A stretch of 64,000 nt of DNA from Dicyema japonicum (taxonomy: Eukaryota > Animalia > Dicyemida), in assembly GCA_011109175.1 (NCBI GenBank), contig RDEW01000013.1, positions 475,476 to 539,475 on the forward strand, in the 5' to 3' direction. The notes under the pieces are model-generated. The model ran no database searches and was not told the DNA's origin. It was given only the letters and a program-made list of their open reading frames with translations. Shown here piece after piece: positions 25,972 through 41,599 of this stretch. The position numbers and the translations under genes are program-made. Each line of letters starts with the position of its first letter. The stretch's first letter is position 1.

Positions 25972-27223
25972 TCAAATAAAATGCTTCACGAAATAAGGCT
26001 CTAAATGAATTAATAATAACAGCCTTTTTCACGGAGCCGTGGTATTAGCTCCGCATAGGCAGGACACACACTATATTTAAATAAAGAACAGTTAATTTTA
26101 ACTAATCGTAGAACCAAGGAATGATCTTCACTTTTATTTTCTTTTTCTTGTGTGTGGGTCCTTTCTAGATAATCCATTTCCGCAGTGAGATTCGACTGAT
26201 GACGGCGTCACTCGTCAAGCCTTTTTAGCATCGTAGATGCGTAGAACCTTCCACCAAGTGAACAGCAGCGAGATTCGAACCCGTAACCTAAGCCACTTAA
26301 GACCGACACCTAACCACTATGCCACCCGGCTTTAATGAAGAAAAGGCCATCAAAGACTCACACCGACAAAAAGAAAAAATGAATTAATGAAATTTTTTAA
26401 ATGAATTAATGAAAAAATTAAAAAAATTGAACAATGCAGAATTTGTAAATATTATTATAACTTTTTTAAAATAAATTGCTAAATCTTTACGACCTAGTGG
26501 TGTTAAAACGATACCGACAAAGTCAAAGCTGAGCTATTAACGACTCCCTACCTAAGAAGAAACCGTTATGGGCTTCATATAGATGCTTATAATCATTTCC
26601 TTAGCGAAAAAAAGTCATTATCACAAAAATAAGTCACTTGTTTCTACGCAGCGTGATGTTCGGTGGAAAATGTTTAACGATCGCATCTATTAATTCATCG
26701 AAGAAGTTTTCCAAATGGCTCACATGACTTCTCCACAAAAATTATACAAAATAACTCGGAGTATTTAATACCTGGAAAATATGAACCCATGAAGTGACGC
26801 GCGGTACCTTTTTGTCTTTAGTGATTAACTTTGAGGTGCACATAGGCAGAGCATTAAAATTTGGCGTTGAATAACCTATTTCTAAGAATATACTAGTTAG
26901 AATTACCCTTCCATTTGTCAGTGTGTATCACTGATCCCGGTGCGATATTTCGCTGTATAGCCGCTGCTAGAGTTCTTTTCAACCGATCAGGAACCATCTC
27001 TAGGAAACAGAATGTGGTATTTCGTAGTCCTTCAGTTTTGAATATTTTTGTATAACAACTATATCAATCATCCCCATAAGCCGGTAAAAAATTCAAAATT
27101 TTATTTAAAAAAATTTATAATAATATTTACAAATTCGGCATTGTTCATTTTTTATTTTTAGATCTAATATTCAAAAAAATTCATTAATTCATTTAGAGCC
27201 TTATTTCGTGAAGCATGTATTGA
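25972..27223 (-). mobile_element. Merlin/ISXO2-like DNA transposon remnant with long TIRs
   Basis: ATGCTTCACGAAATAAGGCTCTAAATGAATTAAT (25981-26014) is inverted at 27183-27216; internal reverse strand encodes CFLEMVPDR..TLAAAIQRNIAPGSVIHTDKWKG..HLKVNH. Confidence 0.8.
26012..26330 (-). mobile_element. Family B tRNA-SINE, full length, inserted in the left TIR of the Merlin element
   Basis: Reverse complement GCCGGGTGGCATAGTGG (A-box)..GGTTCGAATC (B-box)..core..GCCTATGCGGAGC..GGCTCCGTGAAAAAGGC and TTA tail. Confidence 0.9.
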
Positions 27224-27496
27224 AAAAGAATCGAATTATCTAATAATAGAGACTTTATCAAATAATAAATCATTTCTAAAAGATAATCTGTCAAACGTTA
27301 TAAACTAAATATTTATTATCCTAATTTGTTACTATGTAACATGATATAAAATGATTTTGTTTATTAAATAATGTAGTCATAGTGATATACAAAGGGTTTA
27401 AATAAAGTCTTAACTATTAATTTAAATATGATTTTTAAAATATCAATTAATAATTTAAAAATAAAAAATATAATTTAAAAATTTTAATCGTGGGTG

Positions 27497-28798
27497 ATGT
27501 CCCCGTTTGTTATGAAATTGACTCAAGTCTATCACTCTCATAAAAAGAGCCATTCTATAAAAAGGACGCATTCAAATGTATGCTTACGTTAATTTCAGGA
27601 TAACCCATATAATGAAAGCATGTTTGTAAGTCAAAGTACTTGCAGATCAGTAAGATTAGAAATTGGAATAAGAAAGTTTAACCACGATTGTCAGAAAGTA
27701 TGATATATTATTTATTAAAGGGAATTGATTATTTACTAAAAAAGGGAAAGTTAACTGATGATGAATCTGTTGCTTCATTTCTATTTGAGAATTATCAATT
27801 CCTATCAAAAGTTTCTATTGGCAAGTTTATTGCTAAAAAGTAATATTTTAATTAATATAAGTGATTCATTTAATATATCAGTCCTCGATAAGTTTAGTTC
27901 GTTGTTTGATTTTGCTAATGTCAACATATTGGATGCTCTAAGGTATATATAATCCTTAATGATAGAAAATATTTATATACATTTGTTATCCCTGGAGAGT
28001 CACAACAAATCAATAGGATTATTGAAAGTTTTTCTAAATATTATCAAATTCAAAATAGTCCCAAATTCTGTGATTCTGGTTTATTATTTATAAATTTATA
28101 GAATTGTGTTATTCCCTTGCATTCTCATTAATAATACTAAATACAGCTCTACACAATCATAATGTTAAAGTTAAACCCACGTGTGATCAGTTTGTTAATA
28201 GTATCAAGAGAATTGATGAATCTAATAATCTTACTGTTTCTCTTCTCACAGTTTTGTTATTATTTAATAATAGGATTTGTTCAAAGATATAAAACGTGAC
28301 CCCTTTTATTACCCCGACCAGGATATACCCATTCCCAGACCTATTGCGATTGTAAAGGAAGGCTGGTTATTAAAATATTGTATTAATATTAAATATTTGT
28401 ATAGCTAATAGAATTTTAAAGTCATTTTCATGCCGGTGGTTTGTTTTGTCTGATGGATATTTATATTACTTTCTCAAATCCACTGATAAGGATCCAGCTG
28501 CTATTATTCATTTGAGGAATGTTACCATTAATGTTGACCCATCCATTCCAAACTGTTTTGAAATAACTTCAATAAAACCATTCTTCCTCAAAGTCTACAA
28601 ACAAATTAATAATGGAAGTATTATCGCAAAGTCTACGAGGAGATCATATAAATTAAAAGCATATAGTGAAATGGATATGCACGAATGGGCCACAAATATT
28701 ATGTTTTTATTTTAATTATTTTTAGTAAGTTCGTTAATACACAAATTGTTTTCTCTAAGAAATTTAGTGATGGAAGAGATTATTATACAGTATTATAA
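27497..28798 (+). CDS. Cytohesin-like Arf-GEF (Sec7 + PH)
   Basis: IGIRKFNHDCQKGIDYL; FVIPGESQQINRIIESF (Glu finger); CYSLAFSLIILNTALHN; KEGWLLK..RWFVLSDGYLYYF PH domain. Confidence 0.9.
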
Positions 28799-28839
28799 TA
28801 TATTTTCTATTTAATAAATAACAGATAATATTAGCCAAG

Positions 28840-30197
28840 TCATAAACTGCTAAAACAAAGACACGAATTAGTGCCTCCAAATCCAAATGAGTTCTTTAGT
28901 CCATATCTTTTATCACAATAAGTTTGCTTCCATATTTGACTCTCATTGGCTGCATAATTAAGATCAAATCCATCATCAAGTTTATCAATATTAATAGAAG
29001 GTGGAATAATCCCTCTCTTACAAGCCATCAATGCCAATACTAATTCAGCACTTCCTGCAGCTCCGAGCATGTGACCAATCGCACCCTTTTGAGAGGAAAC
29101 TTGCAATTTCATTGAATGGGAACCAAATAATTTTTTGATAGCTCCATTTTCAATCTGATCTCCTAGTGGTGTTGATGTGGCATGACAGTTTACATAACCA
29201 ATTTGTTCAGGCATCACATTTCTTTCACCAAGAGCATATTTCATAGCCATAAATCCACCAGAAGAATCTGGATTGGGGGATGTAATATGATAAGCATCTC
29301 CTGATGCTCCATATCCTAATATTTCACCATATAATTGAGCTCTTCTATTAACAGCGTGTTCATACTCTTCAAGGACAACAACTCCAGCACCTTCTGCTAT
29401 GACAAATCCATCTCTTGACATATCAAAGGGTCTGGAGGCTTTATGAGGATTATCATTATATTTAGTGGAGAGTGCTTTTACTCTGCTAAACCCTGTCATT
29501 GTTATGGGATCTACTGGAGACTCTGTAGCTCCACAGACCATAACATTAGCCATCCCATTTGTAATGTATCGATATGCCGTGCCAATACTGTGGACTCCAG
29601 TAGCACATGCAGTGGAATAAGCCATATTTGGTCCCTACAATATATAATCGTTATACCCTCAATTTATATTTAATAGAAGCAAATCCAGAAGTTATATTTA
29701 TTATTACTTTTGGAATAAAGTGGGGGGATAACTTTCTATAACCCCCATCTTCAAAGGATGATCGAGAGGATAGAATTTCACTTATTATAGACATTGAAGA
29801 CCCAATTGATATACCTTAATATTATTATTTTAATCACCTGAATAGCTCATCTGTTCTTCATTTTCAGGATTCCAATTTGCATCTTCAAGAGCATCCTTAA
29901 TGGCTTTCATTCCAAACAAAGTAGCATCGCTATAGTATCGAGTTTCACCGACTGGTCCAACAGAGGAAATGTCTAAATTACCTTCTTCTGATCCACGCGG
30001 AACAACTCCTGCAACCCGGCTGGTCAGACTAGAAAATTCTCACATAAACTCAGATTATTACTTTCTCCCGTTAATTGACTTATTCCACACTTACCTGCTA
30101 ACACCTTGGACCACACTGTTTGTAAATTATCCCCAAGACAGCAAACAATTCCCAATCCAGTTACAACAACACGCCTTCCACCGGAAAGTCTGTTCAT
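28840..30197 (-). CDS. OXSM: 3-oxoacyl-ACP synthase (mitochondrial KAS), 3 short introns
   Basis: RRVVVTGLG start; TACATG, NCHATST and GHMLGAAG catalytic triad; KNSFGFGGTN. Confidence 0.93.
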
Positions 30198-30253
30198 TTT
30201 AATATTATATATTTTAATTTTTGTATAAAATTTAAAGGAATTTTAAAATAAAT
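30198..30253. promoter_or_regulatory. 56-bp AT-rich divergent intergenic region, presumed bidirectional promoter
   Basis: ATG of OXSM (30197, -) and ATG of UBA3 (30254, +) face away from each other. Confidence 0.6.
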
Positions 30254-31377
30254 ATGAGTAGTGATTCTCATGTCAGTGATTTTCTTTCAAAATTTCAAAG
30301 CTGCATGAAATTTACCACAAAAATTACTGATTTTATAGGAAAATGTAAGGTCCTCATACTTGGAGCAGGGGGGTTGGGATGTGAACTCCTAAAAAACTTT
30401 GTAAAATAAAAATTATTATTTAAGGTTTTAAGTGGATTTACGGATATTCATATTATTGACATGGACATTGTCGAATTGTCTAATCTGAACAGACAGTTTT
30501 TATTCAGGTGAACACTGTCTTAACTCAAGGGAGGAAGATATCGGTAAACCCAAGGCATTTGTTGCAAGTAAATTTATTTCTTCAAAATTTCCCAATGTTG
30601 TGATTAATCACTATTTTAATAAGATTACAGATTTTGATGAAATATATTACTCACGTAATTATAATTAATGATATTTAGAATTCCACATTATTTCGTGTGG
30701 ACTTGACTCTCTCTCCTCCCGTCTATGGATAAATTATATTTTAAGCAATATTGGAGGTAATCAAGTTCTCGTTGATGGAGGAGTTGAAGGATTACAAGGA
30801 TCTGTTAATAGTGTACGTTATGGAATAACTCCTTGTTTTAACTGTTTTACTGATTTGTATCCTCCATCAGTAAAACTATTTGTATATTAAGGTCCAATAT
30901 CCTTTATGTACAATTGCATCAATGCCTCGTTTACCTGAACACTGCATTGAATATGTCTCCTCCATTCTTTGGCAACGAAATCACCCCTTTGGACGTATTT
31001 TACTGTTTATATTTATAGATGGGGTTGAACATGACTATCACATAAAAGACCATGTGGATTGGATTTACAAAGAGTCGCAATCACGTGCAAATTCATTCGA
31101 CATAGAAGGTGTGACATATTCACTAACATTGAGTATAACACTATTAACTATGTAGGCGTATTAAAGGGTATTATTCCCTCACTTGCTGCTACCAATTCAG
31201 TAATAGCAGGTTTTTGGCTTTTTATTAGTAGGACTGTGTGTGTTTGAGGTTATCAGGATAATATCAGGATTCACTCATGCTAACTACAACAACCTATATA
31301 TCCAACAGATTGAGGGTATAAACTTAATTTGCCACAACATTAAGAAAAAGGATCATTGTGAATTTTGTGATTTATAG
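30254..31377 (+). CDS. UBA3: NEDD8-activating enzyme E1 catalytic subunit, C-terminally short
   Basis: [17 protein letters not shown]; [17 protein letters not shown]; CGLDS; [20 protein letters not shown]; [14 protein letters not shown]; ends [11 protein letters not shown]. Confidence 0.93.
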
Positions 31378-31429
31378 TTTTTATTGTTTTTACTTTTTTA
31401 TCAAAATTTTGAGTTTAGCACTAAATTGG

Positions 31430-31760
31430 ATTTCATGTGGGGGAAACTGCATACATTCGTAGCAAACTGACACAACCTTTCTAGAAACTACCAAATACTT
31501 TGCTTAGTAATGGCCTGTTCTTTAATCAGGTGTGGTGATGTTGAACTTAACCCTGCACTAAAGTCAACATAACAAAATTTAACTATACTCCATCTGAATT
31601 GACTTTACTACCTAACTTCCATCCATTCTGTGGATATTGCCATATTTAAAAAGGCAGATTACATCAGTCAAACACCACACTTCATGGGTTACTCTGTTAT
31701 TCGTTCTGACTGCGCCTTTAGTAGACTGGGGTGTGTCACTTGATAAGCTTCCGCTTTTGT
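31430..31760 (+). mobile_element. Vingi-like 5' fragment with 2A-like motif
   Basis: TCATGTGG start motif; LIRCGDVELNPAL in the same frame; APE-like remnants follow. Confidence 0.55.
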
Positions 31761-31909
31761 TAGTTACTTTATTATTATTGCATCGGGATTAATTGGTTAC
31801 GAGAAAAAGAATGGCTCATTTAACTAAGTGATCGCAGATTTATAAAGGGGAGGTTGAAATCAGTGAGACGGGCATCCGCTCGGAGAGTTGAACATCCAAG
31901 AGTCAAATA

Positions 31910-34212
31910 CAGTAAACTCCCTTAAATTGGCGCAAATTTGTTCCTGAACTATTTGTGGCCAATTTGAGAATTTGGCCAATATAAGAATTTGAAACACCTG
32001 GGTATTTCATTTTTTGAAATCATAACTGGCTTTAATATATTGGTTATATTTATGTATGTTGTCCAATTAAGTCGTGTCCGACCCTTGGAGATCTCATGAA
32101 CTAGTTTCCTCCACTCTCCCCGATCCGTCGCAATTTGGAGTAGCCTTGATATAGGCACTCCCGTGATGTCATCCACCATGGATAGCCACCAAGTCCTCGA
32201 TCGACCAGGTCTTCTATTCCCAGTAATATTGCTTAGCATAATGGTTCTTTCCAGGGAATCAGAGCGGACAACATGCCCAAAGAACGCCAATCTGTGTTTT
32301 ACGATTTTTCCTTTTAACGAAATATCCGTCTCCATCCGTTTGAGTACATCGGTGTTTGTTATTTTGGAAGTCCAAGGGATTCTTAGTAACCTCCTCCTAC
32401 ACCACAGCTCAAAAGCATCAATTTTTCGTCTATCCGCCTTTTTCAGTATCCATGATTCTGCGCCGTATAGAAAAGCCGAGAACACGATTGCATTAACCAG
32501 TCTGTATTTGGTCCTTAAGCAAATATCTTTGCTTTTCCAAATTCTATTCATTCTCTGGAAGGGATGGTAATTCGCCTCTTGATTTCCAAGCCTCCGTCAC
32601 CATTCCGATTAATTAGACATCCCAGAAAGACAACATTATCGCAACTCTCTATTTTCTCATTCCCAATTTTTAGTTCCATTATTCCATTATTAGCAATAGT
32701 CATAATTTTGGTCTTCTTGATATTTAGCAATAAACCAAAGACGGCGCTCTCTTCTCTGAATCTTAGAATCAACTCCCTGAGGTCATCCTCTGTTTCAGCC
32801 GGTAAGGTTGTATCGTCAGCATAGCGCAAATTATTGATGTTCCTGCCTCCAATTTTAATCCCGTTATTTGATACATTATCCAATTTAGTCATGATCATTT
32901 CGGCATAAATATTGAATAGGAGATAATAAGCATCCATGTCTTACTCCTTTACAAATTTTGAACCAATCGGTATCTCCATACACTGTTCTAACAGTAGCTT
33001 CTTGATCCTTATAAAGAGATTTGATAAGCAATATCAGATGGGGATCGAATCCAAAATCTTTTAAAACAGACCACAGCTTGTAAACGGAATCAAAAGCTTT
33101 CCGATAGTCAATGAAGCACATGTATGCACTCTTATGTGATTCATGGGCTTTCTCCATAATCCACCGGACATTTGCTATATGGTCACGTGTGCGTCGTCCC
33201 TTCCTGAATCCTGGTTGGATATCTGGTAGAATCATTTTGGCATTTGGCATTAGCCGATGTTGCATTATCTTTATAAGTATTTTGCTGACGTGGGGAATTA
33301 AGGCTATTGTACGATAGTTTGAACAGTCCTTGCTATCCCCTTTTTTTCGGTATTGGAATAAATATAGATCTTTTCCACTCACGTGGCCAAATACCAGTTT
33401 CCCAAATTTTTTGACATAGACTGGTGATGACTGTCACCGGTATATCCTTCAACAATTCGCTTGAGATGTTGTCAATCCCCGGTGCCTTGTTCCTCGTTAA
33501 TTGCTGTGTAGCCCACACGCATTCTTCCTCAAGGATTTTATGCCCCTCACCCAACGTTGCTTCATCAACACATATGGGTGGACACACAGTTTCTGAATAT
33601 ATCCGTTCCGTATATTCTCTCCAACGATTTCGGATGTTCTGTTAGCTTAGCAATTCAACACCTTCCTTGTCCTTGATTTTGCCCATCATTTTCATATTTA
33701 TACATAACATAATTGAAACCTGATCTTTGAATTTTTTATATCCCCAAATCGTGTTTTGCATATGCTCTTGGACGGAATCATTATATAATAAAGTCGATTT
33801 GCTTGTCTTTGTCGAAGGAATAAATTTTTAGATGTTTTTAATATGGACTCAAGGGAATTAAGGAATATTATTTACTGTTTTCTTGAAATTCGAATATTAA
33901 ATAAATCAGAAAATCTGTGAGTGATTATTCTATTCTCGTCTCAATATCTCAAAATTTCGATTTCTTGGAAACAATTAAGCCTTGACGATTAGCTTTCGAA
34001 CACGTGGTAAAAAATTTTAGTCTGAAATTTTGATTTTTTAAATAAAATAATTGAAAAAGATTAATAAAAATAAATTTATGTTTTTAATAATGTGTGGGCA
34101 ATTTGAGGATTGGCCAATTCCTTAGGAAAATTGGCTTTTTTGAAACCCTGACGTGAACTTTTAGCCATAAATTGGTCAATTTAGGGGTTGGCCAATTAGA
34201 GGGACTTTACTG
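31910..34212. mobile_element. Non-autonomous pogo/Tc1-type element, TA TSD, hosting an RTE insertion
   Basis: TA|CAGTAAACTCCCTTAAATTGGC ... GCCAATTAGAGGGACTTTACTG|TA; internal TTGGCCAAT repeats. Confidence 0.8.
32055..33692 (-). mobile_element. RTE (BovB-like) LINE, 5'-truncated, frameshifted
   Basis: NKAPGID, NYRTIALI, CFIDYRKAFDSV, NLRYADDT, AFELWC..RIPW; probable TSD ATATTTAT. Confidence 0.92.
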
Positions 34213-34643
34213 TATATGTATCAATGTATTTGTCGAAGCCTTTCTAATCGGAGAGGTCAATTTGTGCTTTTAACTTCAAGAGGATCGGGTTATGGTCCCT
34301 AATCGTGTTGTATTCGATAGATCAGTTAATTAGTGGAGCCAACGATAGAAACGTTATAGAAAGGTCAGGGAATGATGGTTTATCACTCAACATGTACTCT
34401 ATAAAATGTTTATCTTTTTATATGATAATAATATAATTGTCAAAAATATTATAGAATATCAATCCATAGTGAGCATTCTAAATGGTGAACCTGTACAGAC
34501 ATGGTCGATTATACCTCAAAGACGAAAAATTTGAAAAACACAGACTAGTTGTTTGGATTGACAAGACATCTTGCAAAGTTAATGGATGAAGAATCAACTA
34601 AAAACTGGGAAAATTTATTAAACGAAGCACCTTTACATACAAC

Positions 34644-34829
34644 CAGAGCTGCGGAGTCGGAGTCGAGGGTTTTTTGTATAGTTGGAGTCGGAGTCAATGA
34701 TAAAACAGTCGACTCCGATTCTTTTTGTTATTCTTACAACGTCTGAATTTTTTATATAATAACCGGAGTCGAAGAAATAATATTTGAGGAGTTGGAATCG
34801 TGCTATATTTTACCGACTCCACAGCCCTG
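34644..34829. mobile_element. hAT-type MITE with GGAGTC repeats
   Basis: CAGAGCTGCGGAGTCGG ... CCGACTCCACAGCCCTG inverted termini. Confidence 0.75.
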
Positions 34830-35389
34830 CAAATAACACCACAATTCATTCCTCCATAAATGAAACTCCATTTATAAAACTGAGGGGTTTCATGAATAAA
34901 CACAGTCATTCGTGAATATAAAAGTTCATTATTTTTAATTTCATAGAAAATTAGAGTTCGGATGATGCTTTTCCACGATCATCTGAGGATATTGACATGT
35001 TTCAGATGTTTCAGGTATTTATTGTGTAAAGTTTTCTTGAAAACTTAGATTAGATCATTTTGATCTTAATTTTTCAATTCTGAATTCAGTCTATTTTAAG
35101 CGTATGAACAAAAGAATGAACGTTAATCAATCAAAGTATGATTTTTTCTATTGGAAATGAGGTATTTTTAGTGAATAAATTTAGATACGAGTTTTAAAGG
35201 ATTATGGGACAAATCCATCGCTAAAGTTGAGCAGATTTGAATCTCCATATGAAGAGCCAAGTAAAATTACTCAAATTTTGTCAAACAACCGAATAGAGGT
35301 TTATTTAATTTTTTATCACAGATTAAGGCAGGATCAGGAGAATTGAAAATAGTCAACATGAGTCGAGTCAAGAAAATATAGACTTTTAA

Positions 35390-35530
35390 AAAATAAATTT
35401 TTTGATTAAAAATCAGTTGAGGTATACCATCCAGGCATAAGGAGTCTGGATGGGAAAGAGCAAATGGTTCTTTTTGTTGTATTACTACACTGAGCACCAC
35501 CACAAAAAGGGAACCACATGACGCCACGTT
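35390..35530 (-). mobile_element. Divergent family A-like copy beginning at the pseudoknot
   Basis: Reverse complement GGCGTCATGTGGTTC...AAAAAGAACCATTTGCTCT. Confidence 0.65.
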
Positions 35531-36149
35531 TCATAATTTTTTTTAATCTTGATGTCTATTGACAGGTGACATGTCTATTGACAGGTGAAATGTAACCAGC
35601 ATTGGATGGGTAACCCTGGCGGGACGCGACATATTAAGACATCAACATAATGTCTTCTTGCCATGTTCATCAGCTCAATGATCTTGTTCTTAAATAGCCT
35701 TGGGTACAATTCTGTTGGAGGATATAAAAATTTCTGATATTTTTTTAAACACAACCAAAACGATAGACCATGACATTTTCTGTGAAGGGCCGGTTTCCAT
35801 TTAGAACTTTCCTTTAGTATTCAATTAGAAGATAAGGCCTAATTAGATGTAGGACTAAAACTCTTGAAATGCATAATGAACTAAATTTTTGAAGATTACA
35901 AATTTCCAAACTAAAAGAAAACAAACCAAGTCATTAACAGAACAGGACTAATAGTTTTAGTTACGGAAGATTAAGAATTGATGTCAACCTTGATAACATA
36001 ATTAAAAATGCAGTCAACTGCTCTGTTATCTAAATTAAAAAACTGGGATTAAAGCAGTTATTATATATTTCTAAAAACTGACATTATCTCTTTGGTGTAG
36101 AAACAATCAACTATTATTCTTTATGAAATCAATTTTCTGATTTTAAAAG

Positions 36150-36720
36150 TAACTTTTCGGTTGCTAAAACGACCCCTATCGTTTGGATTGGAAGGGATGA
36201 GGAATATCAGTCGAGACAGTCATAATAATTTTTCTTTAGGGATTTTCATAGTAACAGGGATGGTCTGGGTTGTAAGTTTGGGAGAGAAATTGCGAGCTGT
36301 CATTTCATAATTTTCTGAAATGGAAAGGATTTTTGATTCTCAGTAAAGATGATCAATAGAGGGATTGATTTGAGACATCCAGTAATTGTTCTGAGCGCGA
36401 GGGAGGCAAAAGTTGACTAACAGAGACATGGTAAATTTTGGTTCGAATGAATTGTTTATGATGGTTGTCTTATTTGCTATACCCGAAACAATGGCAGCAC
36501 TATGTTTATTTTTTGAGAAGCCTTTGTAAAGTGTTCCTCCACATGTTTTGAGAAAGATAGTAGTTGGTCGAAAATGACTCCAAGTATTTTGAGATGTTTC
36601 GTAACTGGAAGTGATTCTCAATGAATTGTTATAATAGGTTGAAAAGCAGCGGTTTGATGTGAATACAGTGACTGCAGATTTCAATAAATTTGGAGAAATA
36701 TGAATTACGCAAACCACTTT
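36150..36720 (-). mobile_element. Vingi-like RT C-terminal fragment
   Basis: ISPN..KSAVTVFTSNR and a frameshifted KILGVIFD-like motif. Confidence 0.5.
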
Positions 36721-36973
36721 TCAGGAGATCAATAATATGACTTATTATTATTAAACGCACGTTCACAGAACCAAAGAATGTTATATTAACTAAGGTACCT
36801 TTTGTGCAACACGATTTAAGATCCTTTCACTAGGCGTCTCCGCAGCCTCTGTCCACTGCATGTGATCGTAGGTCTTCTAGGTCATCTGTACATTCGAGTT
36901 TCTTTCCAATTAGTTTGAGAGTTCTGTTGAGGCCACAGGGAGAGTGAACCTCGGCTTTCTTATCACTTTTCTT

Positions 36974-37151
36974 ATTATTATTAAGACACTTTGACGAAAG
37001 CAATAATGTTTATACATGTGCAACACTCAAAACAATATTTAGTGTTAATCTATTCCAGTTTCGTTAGTTCTTTAAAGGAACTTCCCAAGTCCCAGCGTTG
37101 TATAGTAGGACTGGTTTCACAAAGACGTTGTAGAGCCTGCATCTGATGTCA
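36974..37151 (-). mobile_element. 178-bp internally deleted RTE copy with TSD (another RTE 3' piece lies at ~36730-36960)
   Basis: Matches 62418-62515 joined to ~62860-62945; TSD ATCACTTTTCTT (36962-36973 / 37152-37163). Confidence 0.85.
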
Positions 37152-37279
37152 ATCACTTTTCTTGTTTTAATAAAAATCATTAACTTAGTAGTGTTTCTGA
37201 TAATTAAATAAGAGTATATAAAAATCTATTAAAAAATTAATAAATTAAAATATAAATTAAAATTATTCACGTTGTTAGT

Positions 37280-40571
<3,292 letters not shown>

Positions 40572-40620
40572 TTTCTTGTGTTCTTGTTACGGATTTTCTT
40601 TTTTAATCAACTCTCTAAGG

Positions 40621-41494
40621 AAGTGATTCTCAACCTTTAGGAACCCTTTTAGGCTAATTTATTTTTTGCGGAACCTTTCCAATTCAATTATTACAATATT
40701 CAATTGATGTTAGATTTGCTGATATTACTTCGAATAAATTTTGAACCCAGTCGTCATCAAATTTATCTGGAAAATATTTCACAATGTTGTCATCCAAAAT
40801 TGTTAAATGATATTTGATGTCATTAAGTAATGCATCGTCCAATACGCATTCTTATTCATCAAATACAAACGGCAATGTTATTTTTATTTACGAGTGACCG
40901 CCAAAATTCAATTTTCCGATTTAAGGCCATTACTTTATCGTTGAAATTAAAATAAAGTTAATATTTTCCTTGTAGCAATAATGTAAATTTATTCAGTTTA
41001 TCATAAATCAATTCTCTGTAAACGAAGATTGTTTTCCAAATTTTTGTAAATTGGATAATTTTGGTTTTTGAAATACACAACAGGCTCGTTTCCGAAAACG
41101 TTCTAATACCCCACGTGACAACCATCTTATTTCTTTATGGATGATCTTTTTTGAACATGGTTTTATGAGATTTTCGGCAATTATATGTACCTCTTCACAA
41201 CGTTCAACAAAATAACTCACCTGTTTAATTATTATTATGTACTTCATAAGATGCTCTAGTCCATTTTAAGTTGTCGTCTTTAGCAAAATTAAAAATTTCC
41301 AACTTGCGTAGATGCATTCAATATTTTTTTGAATTCCATGCAATTATTGTTTCTCATTAAAAATCTTATAAAAATAAACAAGATATAAGCGTGGATGTTT
41401 AATATATTTTAATAATTGAAAACTATTATTAAATAATTTATAATAAATTTCGCGGAAACCTGGAGTTCTCAGGAACCTAAATTGGGAACTACTG
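40621..41494 (-). mobile_element. Deleted hAT (Charlie/Buster-like) element
   Basis: Termini AAGTGATTCTCAA / TTGGGAACTACTG; TSD CTCTAAGG / CTCTAAGC; EIRWLSRG motif. Confidence 0.85.
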
Positions 41495-41599
41495 CTCTAA
41501 GCGATTTATTTTCATACTTTTAGGATTTGACTTTGTTTGGAATATAATAATAAAATATATATGTTTTAGTTTGAAAGAATGAAGCTAATTTCAGGGGCC

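Noticed and set aside
26180-26225. Hammerhead ribozyme suggested by CTGATGA in the SINE core
   Set aside because: No GAAA after stem II and no stem III/UH site; it lies on the antisense strand of the SINE
26260-26330. Functional tRNA gene
   Set aside because: A and B boxes are present but the acceptor stem is not closed and the sequence continues into a SINE body
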